64,000 bases of DNA. Origin: an uncultured Planctomycetota bacterium. Its GTDB lineage: Bacteria; Planctomycetota; Planctomycetia; Pirellulales; Thermoguttaceae. The stretch is from NCBI GenBank assembly GCA_963733145.1, contig CAVTCJ010000003.1:222896-286895 (forward strand). Direction: 5' to 3'. The notes under the pieces were generated by a model. The model saw only the letters and a list, made by a program, of their open reading frames with translations. It searched no databases and was not told the DNA's origin. Position numbers and translations under genes: made by a program. Shown piece by piece: positions 1 through 9,960 of this stretch (positions within the stretch are counted from its first letter, which is position 1; every line of letters starts with the position of its first letter).

Positions 1-29
1 CAGCCAGTTCCAGGAGGCGAGCATGGGAA

Positions 30-245
30 TTATTGGGGCTGGGGGTTCGGGACTCGGGGCTGGGGAATGGGGAATCGGGCGGCAAGCATTTTCCCGAGTC
101 CGTACGTTTCATGCTTCGGAAACTGTTGTGACAAGCGATAGACTTCTTCAGCCAACTGCATTCCCAGTTGCCACACCTTCAAGTCACGGAAATTCATTCC
201 ATCCATTGCCGGCTCCTCTAATCCCCAATCCCTAATCCCGCTCAA
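30..245 (-). pseudogene. four-helix-bundle protein (23S rRNA intervening-sequence protein family, TIGR02436-like); N-terminal ~50 aa only, C-terminus replaced by translation of a G-rich repeat
   Basis: N-terminus MSGIRDWG..NFRDLKVWQLGMQLAEEVYRLSQQFPKHETYGLGK matches the FxDLxVWQ four-helix-bundle family. Homology stops after ~52 aa and the tail ARFPIPQPRVPNPQPQ is encoded by a GGGGATCGGGGA-type repeat. No continuation found in other frames. Confidence 0.5.
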
Positions 246-1291
246 AACTGGTGCAAAAACCTCACGTCATTCTTGAACAACTCGCGAATGTCGGCGATGC
301 CGTGCCGCCGGGCGCAGATGCGCTCGATGCCCAGGCCGAAGGCGAAGCCGGAGAATTCCTCCGGGTCGTAACCCACGGCCTGCAACACGTTCGGATCGAC
401 CATGCCGGCCCCGCCCATCTCGATCCAGCCCTCGGCCCAACTCATGTCCACCTCGACGCTCGGCTCGGTGAAGGGGAAGAACGACGGCCGGAAGCGGATA
501 TGCACGTCGTCGGCGAAGGCGCTGCGGGCGAACAGCCGCAACGTGCTCTTCAGATCGGCCATCGTCACGCCGTGATCGACCAGCAGGCCCTCCATCTGAT
601 GGAACATGGGGAAGTGGGTGGCGTCGGCCGTGTCGGGGCGATAGACCCGGCCGCAGGAGATGATCCGCACCGGCGGCCGCATCCGCTCCATCGCCCGAAT
701 CTGCACCGTGCTGGTTTGGCTCCGCAAGAGGAAAGGGGGCTGGGGGACGGGGATCGGGGATCGGGGATCGGGGTTCGGGGTTCGGGACTCGCCGCTTGCG
801 GCTTCACATTGACCGCGAACACCTGCTTCCAAATAGAAGTTTTCCAGCGGATTCCGCGCCGGGTGATCGGGCGGGATGTTCAACGCCTCGAAGTTGTGCC
901 ACTGGTCCTCGACTTCCGGCCCGTCGGCAACGCTGAACCCCAGCCGGCCCATGATCTCCTTCAGCTCCTCGATGGTCTGCGTGATCGGGTGCAGCCGGCC
1001 CAGCCGGGGGCGGACGCCGGGGACAGTGGGATCGACCGCGCGGACCGCGGCCGTCGGACGCGACGCCGAGGCCAGCCGCTCGGCAGCCGCCTGATGGGCC
1101 GCTTCGATCGCCTGCTTGACCTCGTTGAAGCGTTTTCCGGCGGCGGGGCGATCGGCCTTGTCCACCTTGCCCAGCCCCTTCTGCACGGCCTTCAACCGGC
1201 CGCTCTTGGCGCCGATGAACTCGACGCGGGCGGCCTCCAACGCGGCCGCGTCGCCGGCCGCGCCGAAAGCCTCCGTCGCCGCGGCGAGCAA
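242..1291 (-). CDS. pheS: phenylalanine--tRNA ligase alpha subunit, with a ~30-aa Pro/Gly-rich in-frame insertion
   Basis: Class II aaRS core motifs present ([34 protein letters not shown]). Insertion [30 protein letters not shown] lies between FYLEAG and [12 protein letters not shown]. Confidence 0.9.
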   Translation of the reverse strand: MLAAATEAFGAAGDAAALEAARVEFIGAKSGRLKAVQKGLGKVDKADRPAAGKRFNEVKQAIEAAHQAAAERLASASRPTAAVRAVDPTVPGVRPRLGRLHPITQTIEELKEIMGRLGFSVADGPEVEDQWHNFEALNIPPDHPARNPLENFYLEAGVRGQCEAASGESRTPNPDPRSPIPVPQPPFLLRSQTSTVQIRAMERMRPPVRIISCGRVYRPDTADATHFPMFHQMEGLLVDHGVTMADLKSTLRLFARSAFADDVHIRFRPSFFPFTEPSVEVDMSWAEGWIEMGGAGMVDPNVLQAVGYDPEEFSGFAFGLGIERICARRHGIADIRELFKNDVRFLHQF

Positions 1292-1429
1292 TCGTCAAGT
1301 TCGGTCAGATAAGCGAGATAGGCCAGTGATGAGCCATGAGTTTGACGAACACTCACTGCGGAATCGATCGAATGGACGCTTGCTGCTCGTCGGCTTATCG
1401 TTCATCATTCAGCATTCGATCATTCGCCG

Positions 1430-1783
1430 TCATCCGGGCTCTGTCTTCACCAATTCCACGACCGTGTCGAAGCCCTGGGGATCGGCGATCGCCATTTCGG
1501 ACAGCGTCTTGCGGTCCAACTCGATGTTGGCCTTCTTCAGGCCAGCGATAAGTTCGCTGTAGCGGAGTCCGCGTTCGCGGGCGGCGGCGTTCAGCCGGAT
1601 GATCCACAGGCGGCGGAAGTCGCGTTTCCGGCGGCGGCGGTCGCGGAAGGCGTATTTGCCGGCGCGGACCAGGGTCTCTTTGGCGGTCCTGAGCAGGCGG
1701 CGGCGGCCGCCGACGTAGCCTTTGACTTTCTTGAACAGACGGTTTTTGGCCCGATTGCGGGCCGCGCCCTTGGTGGTGCGCAT
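1430..1783 (-). CDS. rplT: 50S ribosomal protein L20
   Basis: [59 protein letters not shown] is canonical L20. Confidence 0.95.
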   Translation of the reverse strand: MRTTKGAARNRAKNRLFKKVKGYVGGRRRLLRTAKETLVRAGKYAFRDRRRRKRDFRRLWIIRLNAAARERGLRYSELIAGLKKANIELDRKTLSEMAIADPQGFDTVVELVKTEPG

Positions 1784-2151
1784 GGCTGAAACCTCGCGGT
1801 TTTGCGCGGGAGCCAGGCCCTGTCCGATACGAGGGCAGCGTTTGTCAGCCCGTCCCGCTGGTGTTGTAGCACAGCCGCCATCGGCTGTGATGAATGAACT
1901 AAATTACCATTTTGCACAGCCGGGGGCGGCTGTGCCACAAGCCATTTCAGTAGCTGTGTTTCCCCAAAGCGTTGCGAATCCGGGCCGACTCGACGTCGTT
2001 GACGACTGCGCGTGCCGCGGAGATTTCGCTTGCGCTTGTGGCTCATGCGAGCGGCCAGGTGGCTCGTCCCGGCGGCGCGGTGTTTGGCCTTTCCGGTGGC
2101 GGTCAGGCGGAAACGCTTCTTTGTCCCCTTATGGGTCTTCATTTTGGGCAT
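1591..2151 (-). CDS. rpmI: 50S ribosomal protein L35 (conserved part ~65 aa at 2151..~1950); frame has no stop and reads through 186 codons into rplT
   Basis: [44 protein letters not shown] is the L35 signature. The expected stop near 1950 is absent in this frame. Either a lost stop or indel, or a real extension. Confidence 0.7.
   Translation of the reverse strand: MPKMKTHKGTKKRFRLTATGKAKHRAAGTSHLAARMSHKRKRNLRGTRSRQRRRVGPDSQRFGETQLLKWLVAQPPPAVQNGNLVHSSQPMAAVLQHQRDGLTNAALVSDRAWLPRKTARFQPCAPPRARPAIGPKTVCSRKSKATSAAAAACSGPPKRPWSAPANTPSATAAAGNATSAACGSSG
1870..1935 (-). promoter_or_regulatory. two tandem hairpins with identical 8-bp stems (CACAGCCG..CGGCTGTG) in the rpmI-rplT junction
   Basis: cacagccgccatcggctgtg (1870-1889) and gcacagccgggggcggctgtgc (1914-1935) are perfect inverted repeats. 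Position matches where L20-type translational operators or processing sites occur. Confidence 0.35.
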
Positions 2152-2283
2152 GATCGATTCCCACTAATTTCGGTTCGGCAAATTGATAGACTCCTCATTC
2201 TACTAAAATCTCCGGGCAGCGGAAGTGGGAACGAAGGGAATTATGGGGTTACGCTGTACCAATGGGGGGCTGCTGGGCATAAT

Positions 2284-2415
2284 CTAGCCCGGATTATTCA
2301 TAAACGTCATCCTGAGCGCAGCGAAGGATCTGCCGATGCGTCCGCAAACAGCCCAGATTCTTCGCTGCGCTCAGAATGACAATGTTCCTTCGTGTTTATG
2401 AATAATCCGGGCTAG
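2284..2415. mobile_element. MITE-like palindromic element (132 bp) with 22-bp terminal inverted repeats related to those of the IS4-family element at 24646-25527
   Basis: ctagcccggattattcataaac ... gtttatgaataatccgggctag, with inner inverted repeat gagcgcagcgaag/cttcgctgcgctc. TIR core CCCGGATTATTC(A/G)TAAA is shared with the IS remnant. Confidence 0.6.
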
Positions 2416-2424
2416 CACCGGCAT

Positions 2425-2536
2425 CATTTAGCCCCCGGTGAATACACCGGGGGCACGATGCACGGAACGTCGCCGCGCGCTACCCGCCGTGCATTCACGG
2501 CGGGCTAAATGGGCGGATCACGGCGGGCTAAATGGG
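2425..2536. repeat. REP-like palindromic unit cluster (TTAGCCC + GC-rich hairpin family)
   Basis: catttagcccccggtgaatacaccggggg and ccgccgtgcattcacggcgggctaaatggg, plus a partial tandem duplicate. Flanks catttagccc / gggctaaatg are reverse complements. Confidence 0.6.
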
Positions 2537-2565
2537 CGGGCGGCGGCACAAAACCGGACACCCCG

Positions 2566-5130
2566 TTACTCGTACTGCAGCGCGATCAGCAGATTCAGCC
2601 GGGCGGCGCGCTCGGCGGGGAGCCAGGCGGCGGCGATGATGACCGCCATGCCCGTGGCGAAGCAGATCACCAGCAGCGCGGGATGGATGACGAAGTCGAC
2701 CGAGTACCCCAGCACCGGCACCATGCAGAGGTTGGTGACGAAGGAGCCGACGGTTCCGCCGGCCACGCCAAGGCCCAGCCCGATCAGGCCGATAATGACC
2801 GCCTGGGCGAGGATCGTCTTGCGGACCTGGCGGCGGGTCATGGCCACCACGCGGAGCAGGGCCAGCTCGCGGGTCTGCTCCAGCACGTTCATCGTCAACG
2901 TGTTGGCGATGCCGAACGAGCCGACGACGAATCCCAGGGCGAGCAGTCCCCACAGGCTGGCGATGACGCCGTTCATCATGTTGTTCAGCCGCCGGCGGAG
3001 ATCGGCGAAGGAGTGGAGCATCAAGCCCGACTTTTCGCAGATCGGCTTGAGGAGTTTGCGGACGCTGTCGATTTGGCCCGGTTTGGCGTTGACGATGAAA
3101 GTGTCCACGTCGCCGATGTCCATCATGTGCCGGGCGGCCTTGCCCTGCATGTAGATCATCTTTCCGCCGGCCAGGTAGGCGGTGGCGGTGCCGGCCACGG
3201 TGAGCGTCTTGGGGCCCTTGCCGGTCTCGATGGTGATCTGGTCTCCGACGCGGGTGTGGGTGCGGTTGGCCAGCACGGTGCCGATGACGACTTCTCCTTT
3301 GTCCAGGCCTTTGCGGACTTCCTCGGGATTGCCGTCTTTCAGGGCCAGCGGCAATTCGTTGCCGCGGTCGAAATCGCGGACGAACATCGTCACGTACATC
3401 TTCCCCGCCTTGGGATCGGCGGTTTTCACCGAGGTGTTGATAGTGCTGATGGCGTCGACGTTGGCGACCCCTGCGACGGCGCGGATTTCAGCGCCGAGCG
3501 ATTCGGGCATGGGGGGCGATTGGCCCGATTTCAAGTCCGGGTTCATGCGGCGGATGATGAAATCGCCTCGAAACGTCTTGGCCTGCCAGGTGCGGATGTC
3601 GCTCACGTTGTTGAGGATGGTGGTTCCCAGGTTGGTGGCCGTGCTGACGGCGAAGTAGAGCAGTCCGATGGTCAGCGTGGTGCGGACCGTGCGGCGAAGG
3701 ATTTGCCGCTGGGCGATCTTTCCTTCCGTGTGGAAAAACGGGTGCAGCAACCAGGCCGCCAGCCGGCTCAGAGCGGTCAGCACGATCGGCACCAGCAGCA
3801 CGAAGGCAGTGGTGAAGATCACTCCGACGTAGGTAGTGAAAGAGATCGGCAAATAACCGACGATGCAGGCGGCCAGCGCGGAACCGGTCACCAGGAAGAA
3901 CGCCAGGCTGAACAGTACGTAGAGCAGCGGGAGGCGGCCGCGGGTCTTTAAGGGAACGAAGCGCATGCTCTCCAACGGCGAGATTCGGCTGGCGATCCAG
4001 GTGGGGATGAACATCGCCAGCAGCGGAGATGCCCGGCCCGAGCAGCGCGGCCAGGATGAACGTCCTGGGGCCGATTTGCAGCGGGGGCATGGGCGTCGAG
4101 TACACGCGGCTCATGGCGTCGGTGAGGAAATAGGCCCCGGCCAGTCCCAGCAGCGCAGCCGAGGACGGTGCCCACGAAGCCCATCGCCAGCCCTTCGAGC
4201 AGCAACATCCGCATGATTTGCCGGCGGGTGGCGCCGACCGCCCGCAGCACGGCCAATTGCCGGCGGCGCTCGCCGACGTTCATCAGGTAGGTGTTGAAGA
4301 TCGTGAACAGCCCGAGAACGATCATCAGCAAGTAGGCCATGTTCAGGCCGCTTTCGGCGGATTGCATGGTTTCCTTGGCCGAAGTGGGCGCGGGCCATCG
4401 GCGAGCGGACCGTCAGCCCGGCGGGCAGGATGCCGGCGATCTTCGGTTGCACGGCCTTTTCGTCGGCCGAGCCGGCCAGCACGACGCTGACTTGATTGAT
4501 GTAGCCGGCGCCCTCTTTGGCAAAGAAGTATTCGGCGGCGGGCAGGGGGAGGAAGATCACTCCGCCCTGGTTGAAGTTGGCGGCGCCCTGGGGCGAGAGC
4601 AGGCCGATGATGCGGAAATCCTTGACGCTGCCGCTGAGCCCGCCGCGGGTGGTGCCCAACTTGACTTCGTCGCCGACTTTGACGCCCAAGCCGTGAGCGA
4701 AGCCGGTCTCCAAGAGGGCGTCGTAGGGCTTGCTGTCCTTGCCGAAATACTCCCCTTCGTACAATTTATAGTCGCGGACCGCTTCGTCTTGCTTCGGGTC
4801 GATGCCCATCACCAGCAGGCTGACTTTGGCCTCTTTGAACCAGAGGATGGAGACTTTTTGCACGCTGGGGACGGCCGTTTTCACGCCCGGCACTTGCCCG
4901 ATGCGCTGGACGATGTCCTCGGGAAAGAAGCTGCCGTCCTCGGCGACGACCTCGAAGGCGGCGCGGCCGGCCATGCCTTCGTACATGTTCTGATAGGCCA
5001 GGTGAGTGGTGGTCGTGCCGATGTCGACGGCTACCATGGCGGCCACGCCGATGACGATGCTCAGCAGGGTGAGCGTTGCCCGGCCGGGGCGGTTCCTGAT
5101 CTCGCGGAGAGTGAATTTCCAGAGAAACAT
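2566..5130 (-). CDS. MacB/LolE-type FtsX-family ABC transporter permease (~850 aa, two FtsX domains), at least 3-4 apparent frameshifts
   Basis: N-terminal TM + periplasmic MacB-like domain in ORF 4111-5130; first FtsX helix LNMAYLLMIVLGLFTIFNTYLMNVGERRRQLAVLRAVGATRRQI in ORF 3948-4367; LLGLAGAYFLTDAMSRVYSTPMPP in a third frame; second FtsX domain intact in ORF 2566-4014. Frame changes at ~4380, ~4110, ~4020. Confidence 0.75.
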
Positions 5131-5155
5131 GCCGGTTTGCCCGATGCTGAGGGGA

Positions 5156-5905
5156 CTAGACGGTTTTCTTGAACAAACAACTGCGAACGGGCTGCAACTG
5201 CGGGGTCGAGAGGGCCGCCTCGGGATGCCCGTTGCTTTCCTCCAGCCCGTCGCGGAGGCGTATCAAGCGATCCGCCTGCGCCGCGACGCTGGCGTCGTGC
5301 GTGACCATCACAATCGTCTGTTCGTCTTGCGTGACCAGTCTTCGCAGCAGGGACGTGACTTGCCGGCCGTTGGCGCTGTCGAGGTTTCCGGTCGGTTCGT
5401 CGGCCAGCAGCAAGGCGGGCCGCATGACCAGGGCCCGGGCGATGGCCACCCGCTGCTGCTCGCCGCCCGACATCGCGCTGGGCACGTGGTTGCGGCGGTG
5501 CAACATCCCCACCAGCCGGAGCGTATCGTCGGCCCGGCGGCGGGCTTCCACGCCGGCCATGCCGCCCAGTTCCAGCGGCAGCGCCACGTTCTCTTCCGCG
5601 GTGAAGGCCGGCAACAGATTGAACGACTGGAAGATGAAGCCCATCCGCTCGCGGCGGAGGATGGTCCGCTGGTCGTCGGTCATCGTGGCCAGGTCCACGC
5701 CCTCGAGCAAGACTTGTCCGCTGGAGGGCGTTTCCACGCCGCCGAGGATGTGCAGCAGGGTGCTCTTGCCCGAGCCCGACGGTCCCATGATCGCCAGCAG
5801 TTCGCCTTTGCGGACCTGAAGGTTGATGCCCCGCAAGGCATGGACGCAGACTTCGCCCTCGGCGCCGTAATCTCTTCTCAAGCCGCGGGTTTCGAGGACG
5901 TACAT
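5156..5905 (-). CDS. ABC transporter ATP-binding protein (MacB/LolD-like), partner of the downstream FtsX permease
   Basis: Walker A GPSGSGKST, signature SGGEQQRVAIARAL, Walker B LLLADEPTGNLD. Start taken at MYVLETRGLRRDYG; the upstream 71 codons of the ORF are non-conserved. Confidence 0.9.
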   Translation of the reverse strand: MYVLETRGLRRDYGAEGEVCVHALRGINLQVRKGELLAIMGPSGSGKSTLLHILGGVETPSSGQVLLEGVDLATMTDDQRTILRRERMGFIFQSFNLLPAFTAEENVALPLELGGMAGVEARRRADDTLRLVGMLHRRNHVPSAMSGGEQQRVAIARALVMRPALLLADEPTGNLDSANGRQVTSLLRRLVTQDEQTIVMVTHDASVAAQADRLIRLRDGLEESNGHPEAALSTPQLQPVRSCLFKKTV

Positions 5906-6393
5906 GGGCAGTTTCTCGACGGGGGAGAGTGGGCGATGAAGTCCCTGCGAAACGAGCATCGCGTGCTTTCGGGGTTTCACCTTGAACGCCGCCTGGGCTT
6001 CTTCAACCAGTAAACTCGGACAGGGTACATCCGTGGGCCACGGCCGCAGCTTGGGCTGACGCGCCGTCATCGTGCTTGATAGACTCTTCATCATACTGCT
6101 GCTGTGATTGCTGGGCAAGCGGCCCTTATAGCGGGGGGTGATGGATGGGGTTCATTGACGGCGCCGCGACCACTGCCGCTCGGGTTGCGGTCCGGTCCTA
6201 ACCTTAGTGTCGGTTATAACCACCGTGCGAGTAGAGATTGTCGGAAGCAATTATTATTCTGCGGTAAAGTATGCCGGAGAGGCAAAATTTACGGCCGGCG
6301 AGGGCGGCAAATCGGCCGTAACTCGATAAGAACTTGTCGCCGGCACGAAGCGAAATACAAGAACGACCGTTCACTGTTTTGCAAGTAAGACCG

Positions 6394-6475
6394 TCTAGCC
6401 CCGGCGTCGACGCCCGATGCGCGACCGAACGGGAAAAGGGCCCTTTCTGCCCGGCGTGGACGCCGGGGCTAAACG
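6394..6475. repeat. REP-like inverted pair (TCTAGCCCCGGCGTCGACGCCC ... CCCGGCGTGGACGCCGGGGCTAAAC)
   Basis: Same family as 8797-8879 and 15436-15519; each half is itself a GC hairpin. Confidence 0.65.
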
Positions 6476-6507
6476 GTTCTTTCTTCCAAGATCGATTGCC
6501 GCGGGCG

Positions 6508-7938
6508 CTATTTCGGCGGTTGCGGCTGCGGCGTGGTTTGCGGTTGCGGTTGCGGTTGAGCCGGCGGCGGCAGGCTTGGAAGCGGCTGGCCCTGTTGCGG
6601 CTGAGTCTTGCGCAGTTGATCCAACAGCGCCTTGGCGTCCTCGCGCTGGGCGAAGGGGGCGGTGGTGCTCAGCGCGCCTTGGAGCAAACGGATGGCGTCC
6701 GCATCGTGCTGACCGCGATCGGCCAGTACGCAAGCCAGATAATAAGCCGTCTCGGCGCTTAAGGATCCGCCGGAGACCGCCCTCCGCAGGGCGGCCTCGG
6801 CGTCCTGCAAGCGGCCGAGCTTGTAGAGGACCCAGCCGTAGGTCGAATAGGCGTCGGCCATTCGCGGATATTGCTTGACGTTGTTTTCGGCGTATTCCAG
6901 GGCGCGTTTCCGTTGTTCCGCGCCCTTTTGACCGGACAGCGCCAAGGCCAGGTTGTTGCTGGCGGCGAAATCGTTGGGCGATTGCAGGTGGGCATTCTCG
7001 AAATACTTTTCGGCCTTCGTGTAGTCCTTACGGAACAGAGCAATCACCCCGCGGAGAATCTTGGCCTGGTAGTAATTCGGATCGAGCTGCAGCGCGGCGT
7101 CCGCTTGTTTCGCGGCCTCTTCGAGTTGACCGTTTTCCCATGCCCATTGGGCGGCGACCAATCGGGCTTCGGCATTTCTGGGCGCGGAAGTCAAGGCCTT
7201 GACGAACCATTCGCCGGCAGTTTTCTGTTCGCCCGACTGGGCGTACCACCGGGCGATTACGGCCTCGGGCGGCAACATGTCGGTGCTGATCTTGGCCGCC
7301 GCCCGGAGCTTCTCCAAGGCCCCCTTCACGTCCTTCTGCTCGAACAGGCATCGAGCCAGTTGCTGCAAGGCCGGGACGCTCTTCGCGTCCAGTTTCAGCC
7401 AGGCCTCGAGATGTTTTTGGGCCTCGGTCCAGTTGCCGCGGGCCTCGGAGGTCGAGGCCAAGCCGCCGTAAAGCTGCGGCATCATCGCGTCCTTCCGCTT
7501 GGCGCTCCCCTTCCATTGCGCCAGCAGGCTCTGGGCCTTCTCGTACAGCAGCCGGGACTCGGCCAGCCGCCGCTCGCGCAGGGCGAGGTCGCCCAGGATC
7601 AGATACGCCTGCGGATCGTCGGGCGCATCGATCACCGCCCGCTCCAGCGAGTTCTGCACGCCCGCCAGATTGTTCGACTGGGCGAAAAATTGGGCCATGA
7701 TGACGTTCGGCGGCGGCAGGTTGGGATCTTTCTTTGCGGCCTTCTGCAACATCTCCAGCGCGCCGGCGTAATCGCGCTTGTTAAACTGCCCCACCGCGTC
7801 GGTCAACTCCTGCATTTGCGCCGGGGTTTCGGGGGCGGTCTTGATGCTGCCGGGGGCAATCGGCTCCGCGGCCAAATACGACGTCGCGCAGACCGGAAAC
7901 GAGACGACAACGGCGAAAAGTAGCGTGCGTATCATGAT
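6508..7938 (-). CDS. secreted tetratricopeptide-repeat protein with C-terminal PQ-rich tail
   Basis: Signal-like MIRTLLFAVVVSFPVCATSYLAA; multiple TPR-like helical repeats; tail PQPQPQTTPQPQPPK. Start chosen at MIRT (7935); the ORF extends to 8055. Confidence 0.8.
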   Translation of the reverse strand: MMIRTLLFAVVVSFPVCATSYLAAEPIAPGSIKTAPETPAQMQELTDAVGQFNKRDYAGALEMLQKAAKKDPNLPPPNVIMAQFFAQSNNLAGVQNSLERAVIDAPDDPQAYLILGDLALRERRLAESRLLYEKAQSLLAQWKGSAKRKDAMMPQLYGGLASTSEARGNWTEAQKHLEAWLKLDAKSVPALQQLARCLFEQKDVKGALEKLRAAAKISTDMLPPEAVIARWYAQSGEQKTAGEWFVKALTSAPRNAEARLVAAQWAWENGQLEEAAKQADAALQLDPNYYQAKILRGVIALFRKDYTKAEKYFENAHLQSPNDFAASNNLALALSGQKGAEQRKRALEYAENNVKQYPRMADAYSTYGWVLYKLGRLQDAEAALRRAVSGGSLSAETAYYLACVLADRGQHDADAIRLLQGALSTTAPFAQREDAKALLDQLRKTQPQQGQPLPSLPPPAQPQPQPQTTPQPQPPK

Positions 7939-8131
7939 TATCGCGGTCCTTTTGTGAACGAGGAAAGCTGATATATATGATCGGTTTAACCCGCGCGGCC
8001 GTCCGTGGGTCCTATTGCACAAGTTTAGCCTACGCCCAGGGGTTACGCGGGGCAAGACCCCCTCTTCGGCCGCGAAATGTTGACCCCGGCGGCCGCTATC
8101 TTGGATTATTCGTTAGGGTGCCATCGCATTA

Positions 8132-8209
8132 CTTAGCCCCCCGTTAATACACGGGGGGGCAGAGCATGGAACCACCAGACAATGTCCCCGGTGCATTCAC
8201 CGTGGGCTA
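8132..8209. repeat. REP-like unit pair (TTAGCCC-hairpin family, variant)
   Basis: cttagccccccgttaatacacggggggg ... ccccggtgcattcaccgtgggctaaaa; related to 2425-2536. Confidence 0.55.
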
Positions 8210-8349
8210 AAAAACTACGACAACAAATCCGCCGCAACCGAGTCCCCGCCACAGAGGGTATAGCTTTGGCCCCAGGATGTTTGTACAATTCCGCTCATAT
8301 CGACCGGCAACCTTGCCCCCCTTCCCATTTTTCAACAGGAGACTTCACG

Positions 8350-8775
8350 ATGGCGAAAACACTCGTGCGGCGGCTGGCGTCCTGGACCTTGTTGAGTTGC
8401 ATCGCCTTTGCCGTGGCAACCATGGCGCAACCGGTGGTAAGCGCGGACGACCCGGCGCCCCCTAAGACGACGGCGAAGAAGAAGGAAAAAGCGAAAGCCC
8501 CCAAAGCCCGCCATCGCTTGCCGCAATATTTCGGCGACGTGGTTAAAGACGAGGAGCAACGCGAGAAGATTTTCCAAATCCAGGACGAGTATCAACCCAA
8601 GATCGACGAGTTGTGGGCGCAGTTGAAGGCGTTGATCAATGAGCGGAACAAGAAAATCGATGCCGTCCTAACCCCCGAGCAGAAAACACAAATCGACGAG
8701 GCCAAGGTCAAAGCCAAGGCCAAGCGAAGGGCCAAACAGCCGAAAAACGAGCCCCCGGCCGAACCCAAGCAGTAA
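8350..8775 (+). CDS. periplasmic LTXXQ-motif protein (Spy/CpxP/ZraP family), Lys-rich
   Basis: RBS aggag 8 nt upstream; signal peptide MAKTLVRRLASWTLLSCIAFAVATMAQP; VLTPEQKTQIDEAKVKAKAK LTXXQ motif; coiled-coil character. Confidence 0.7.
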   Translation: MAKTLVRRLASWTLLSCIAFAVATMAQPVVSADDPAPPKTTAKKKEKAKAPKARHRLPQYFGDVVKDEEQREKIFQIQDEYQPKIDELWAQLKALINERNKKIDAVLTPEQKTQIDEAKVKAKAKRRAKQPKNEPPAEPKQ

Positions 8776-8796
8776 GAAGATAAGGCGGCAAATTTC

Positions 8797-8879
8797 GTTT
8801 AGTCCCGGCGTCCACGCCCGGGAAAACAGCGCATCGCGAAATCGGCTATCTGTTCCCGGCGTCCACGCCGGGGCTAAAC
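8797..8879. repeat. REP-like inverted pair (GTTTAGTCCCGGCGTCCACGCCCGGG ... CCCGGCGTCCACGCCGGGGCTAAAC)
   Basis: Direct sequence identity with units at 6394-6475 and 15436-15519. Confidence 0.65.
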
Positions 8880-8912
8880 GGACAGATTCCTTCCAGGAGC
8901 GGGCAAGGCTCT

Positions 8913-9134
8913 CTAGCGGAGCATGACCTTGTGGCTGCGCCCGTCTTGCTCGATGTCGATCTTATTCTCCCGGGCGAGCCAACCCAGGGCCATAATTACC
9001 GTGTCGCGGGGCTCGCCCACGGCTTTTGTCAGCTTGGCCATCGTCGTAGGACCTTTTTCCGAGAGGACCCGCCAGATCAAGCCGGCCGTCTCGCCAATGT
9101 GCGTCAAACACGGAACGGGGGGGGTTTTTGCCAT
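8913..9134 (-). CDS. small winged-helix DNA-binding protein
   Basis: 73 aa; TAGLIWRVLSEKGPTTMAKLTKAVGEPRDTVIMALGWLARENKI resembles a wHTH recognition unit. Small palindrome TTTTGCAGGCAAAA lies upstream. Confidence 0.55.
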   Translation of the reverse strand: MAKTPPVPCLTHIGETAGLIWRVLSEKGPTTMAKLTKAVGEPRDTVIMALGWLARENKIDIEQDGRSHKVMLR

Positions 9135-9286
9135 TTGACCACCTCGGTTTTAGATAGGGGCCTGTTTTGCAGGCAAAATCGTAATGTGCGTCAATTATAG
9201 CGAGTCTACTACTAAAGTGTAGGTGGTCTACGCACTACAGGGAAGTAGGCGACTTTTTCGACCGCCTCGTTAAACGAGGGCTGGGC

Positions 9287-9754
9287 TTACCCGTCGTCAA
9301 AATCGGACCAGCCCCCTGCTTCTGCCGCCACCTCGCTTACCAAACTTGTTGTCATGGCCAGAAAGACGGCCGCGAGTTTATCGAACTCACGGTCTTCGGC
9401 TTGACAAAAGATCGTATAGGTAGACTGGGCGATTCGTAGGCTGCGAATCTGGGCCGTATTGGTCAGGTCCAGGCAGTAGAAGGCCAAGTTGTAACCCAGC
9501 AATTCGTGCCCGGCCACCGTTTCGCGGGCCTCTTCGGCCTCCAGCCCTTCGTACTCCTGTCGCATGGCCTCGACGGCCGTGGCGGCCAATTTGCCCGGGT
9601 CGGCCGAGCCGGAGTGGATGGCCACCGACCAGAAAGCCCCGCCGGGACTAATCACCGTCACCGAGTGGCGGCCCAGAATGGCGTCGGAGTCGTCGAGCGT
9701 CCAGTTTTCCGGGTATTGGAATGAAATACCGAGGCTATTGAAACGTGCCGGCAT
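9287..9754 (-). CDS. hypothetical protein
   Basis: ORF with protein-like composition; start placed at MPARFNSL. No recognisable domain. Confidence 0.45.
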   Translation of the reverse strand: MPARFNSLGISFQYPENWTLDDSDAILGRHSVTVISPGGAFWSVAIHSGSADPGKLAATAVEAMRQEYEGLEAEEARETVAGHELLGYNLAFYCLDLTNTAQIRSLRIAQSTYTIFCQAEDREFDKLAAVFLAMTTSLVSEVAAEAGGWSDFDDG

Positions 9755-9960
9755 GGTGGGGCTTTCGCGTTGTTCGGCCCCGACATTCAAGCGGGGCTTC
9801 CTCAAACCATGTTATCAAAGGCCCCGTTGGCCCGAAACCGGCCACGGGCCGAAAAATCGGGATGGTTCCAATTGGCCCATTTTGCTAGGCTTTCGGGTTG
9901 TTTTTCAGGTCCGCGGCGAAAAACGGAGTCGTTTGCAGCAACCGGCCCGACGACGAAAAT

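Noticed and set aside
251-1312. 353-aa plus-strand ORF antisense to pheS (and similar long antisense ORFs 2509-3951, 5006-6013, 6871-7923, 9905-11095, 17771-19375, 22648-24396, 45605-46876)
   Set aside because: Typical high-GC antisense ORFs: Arg/Ala/Gly-rich, no domain signatures, and each fully overlaps a well-conserved gene on the other strand.
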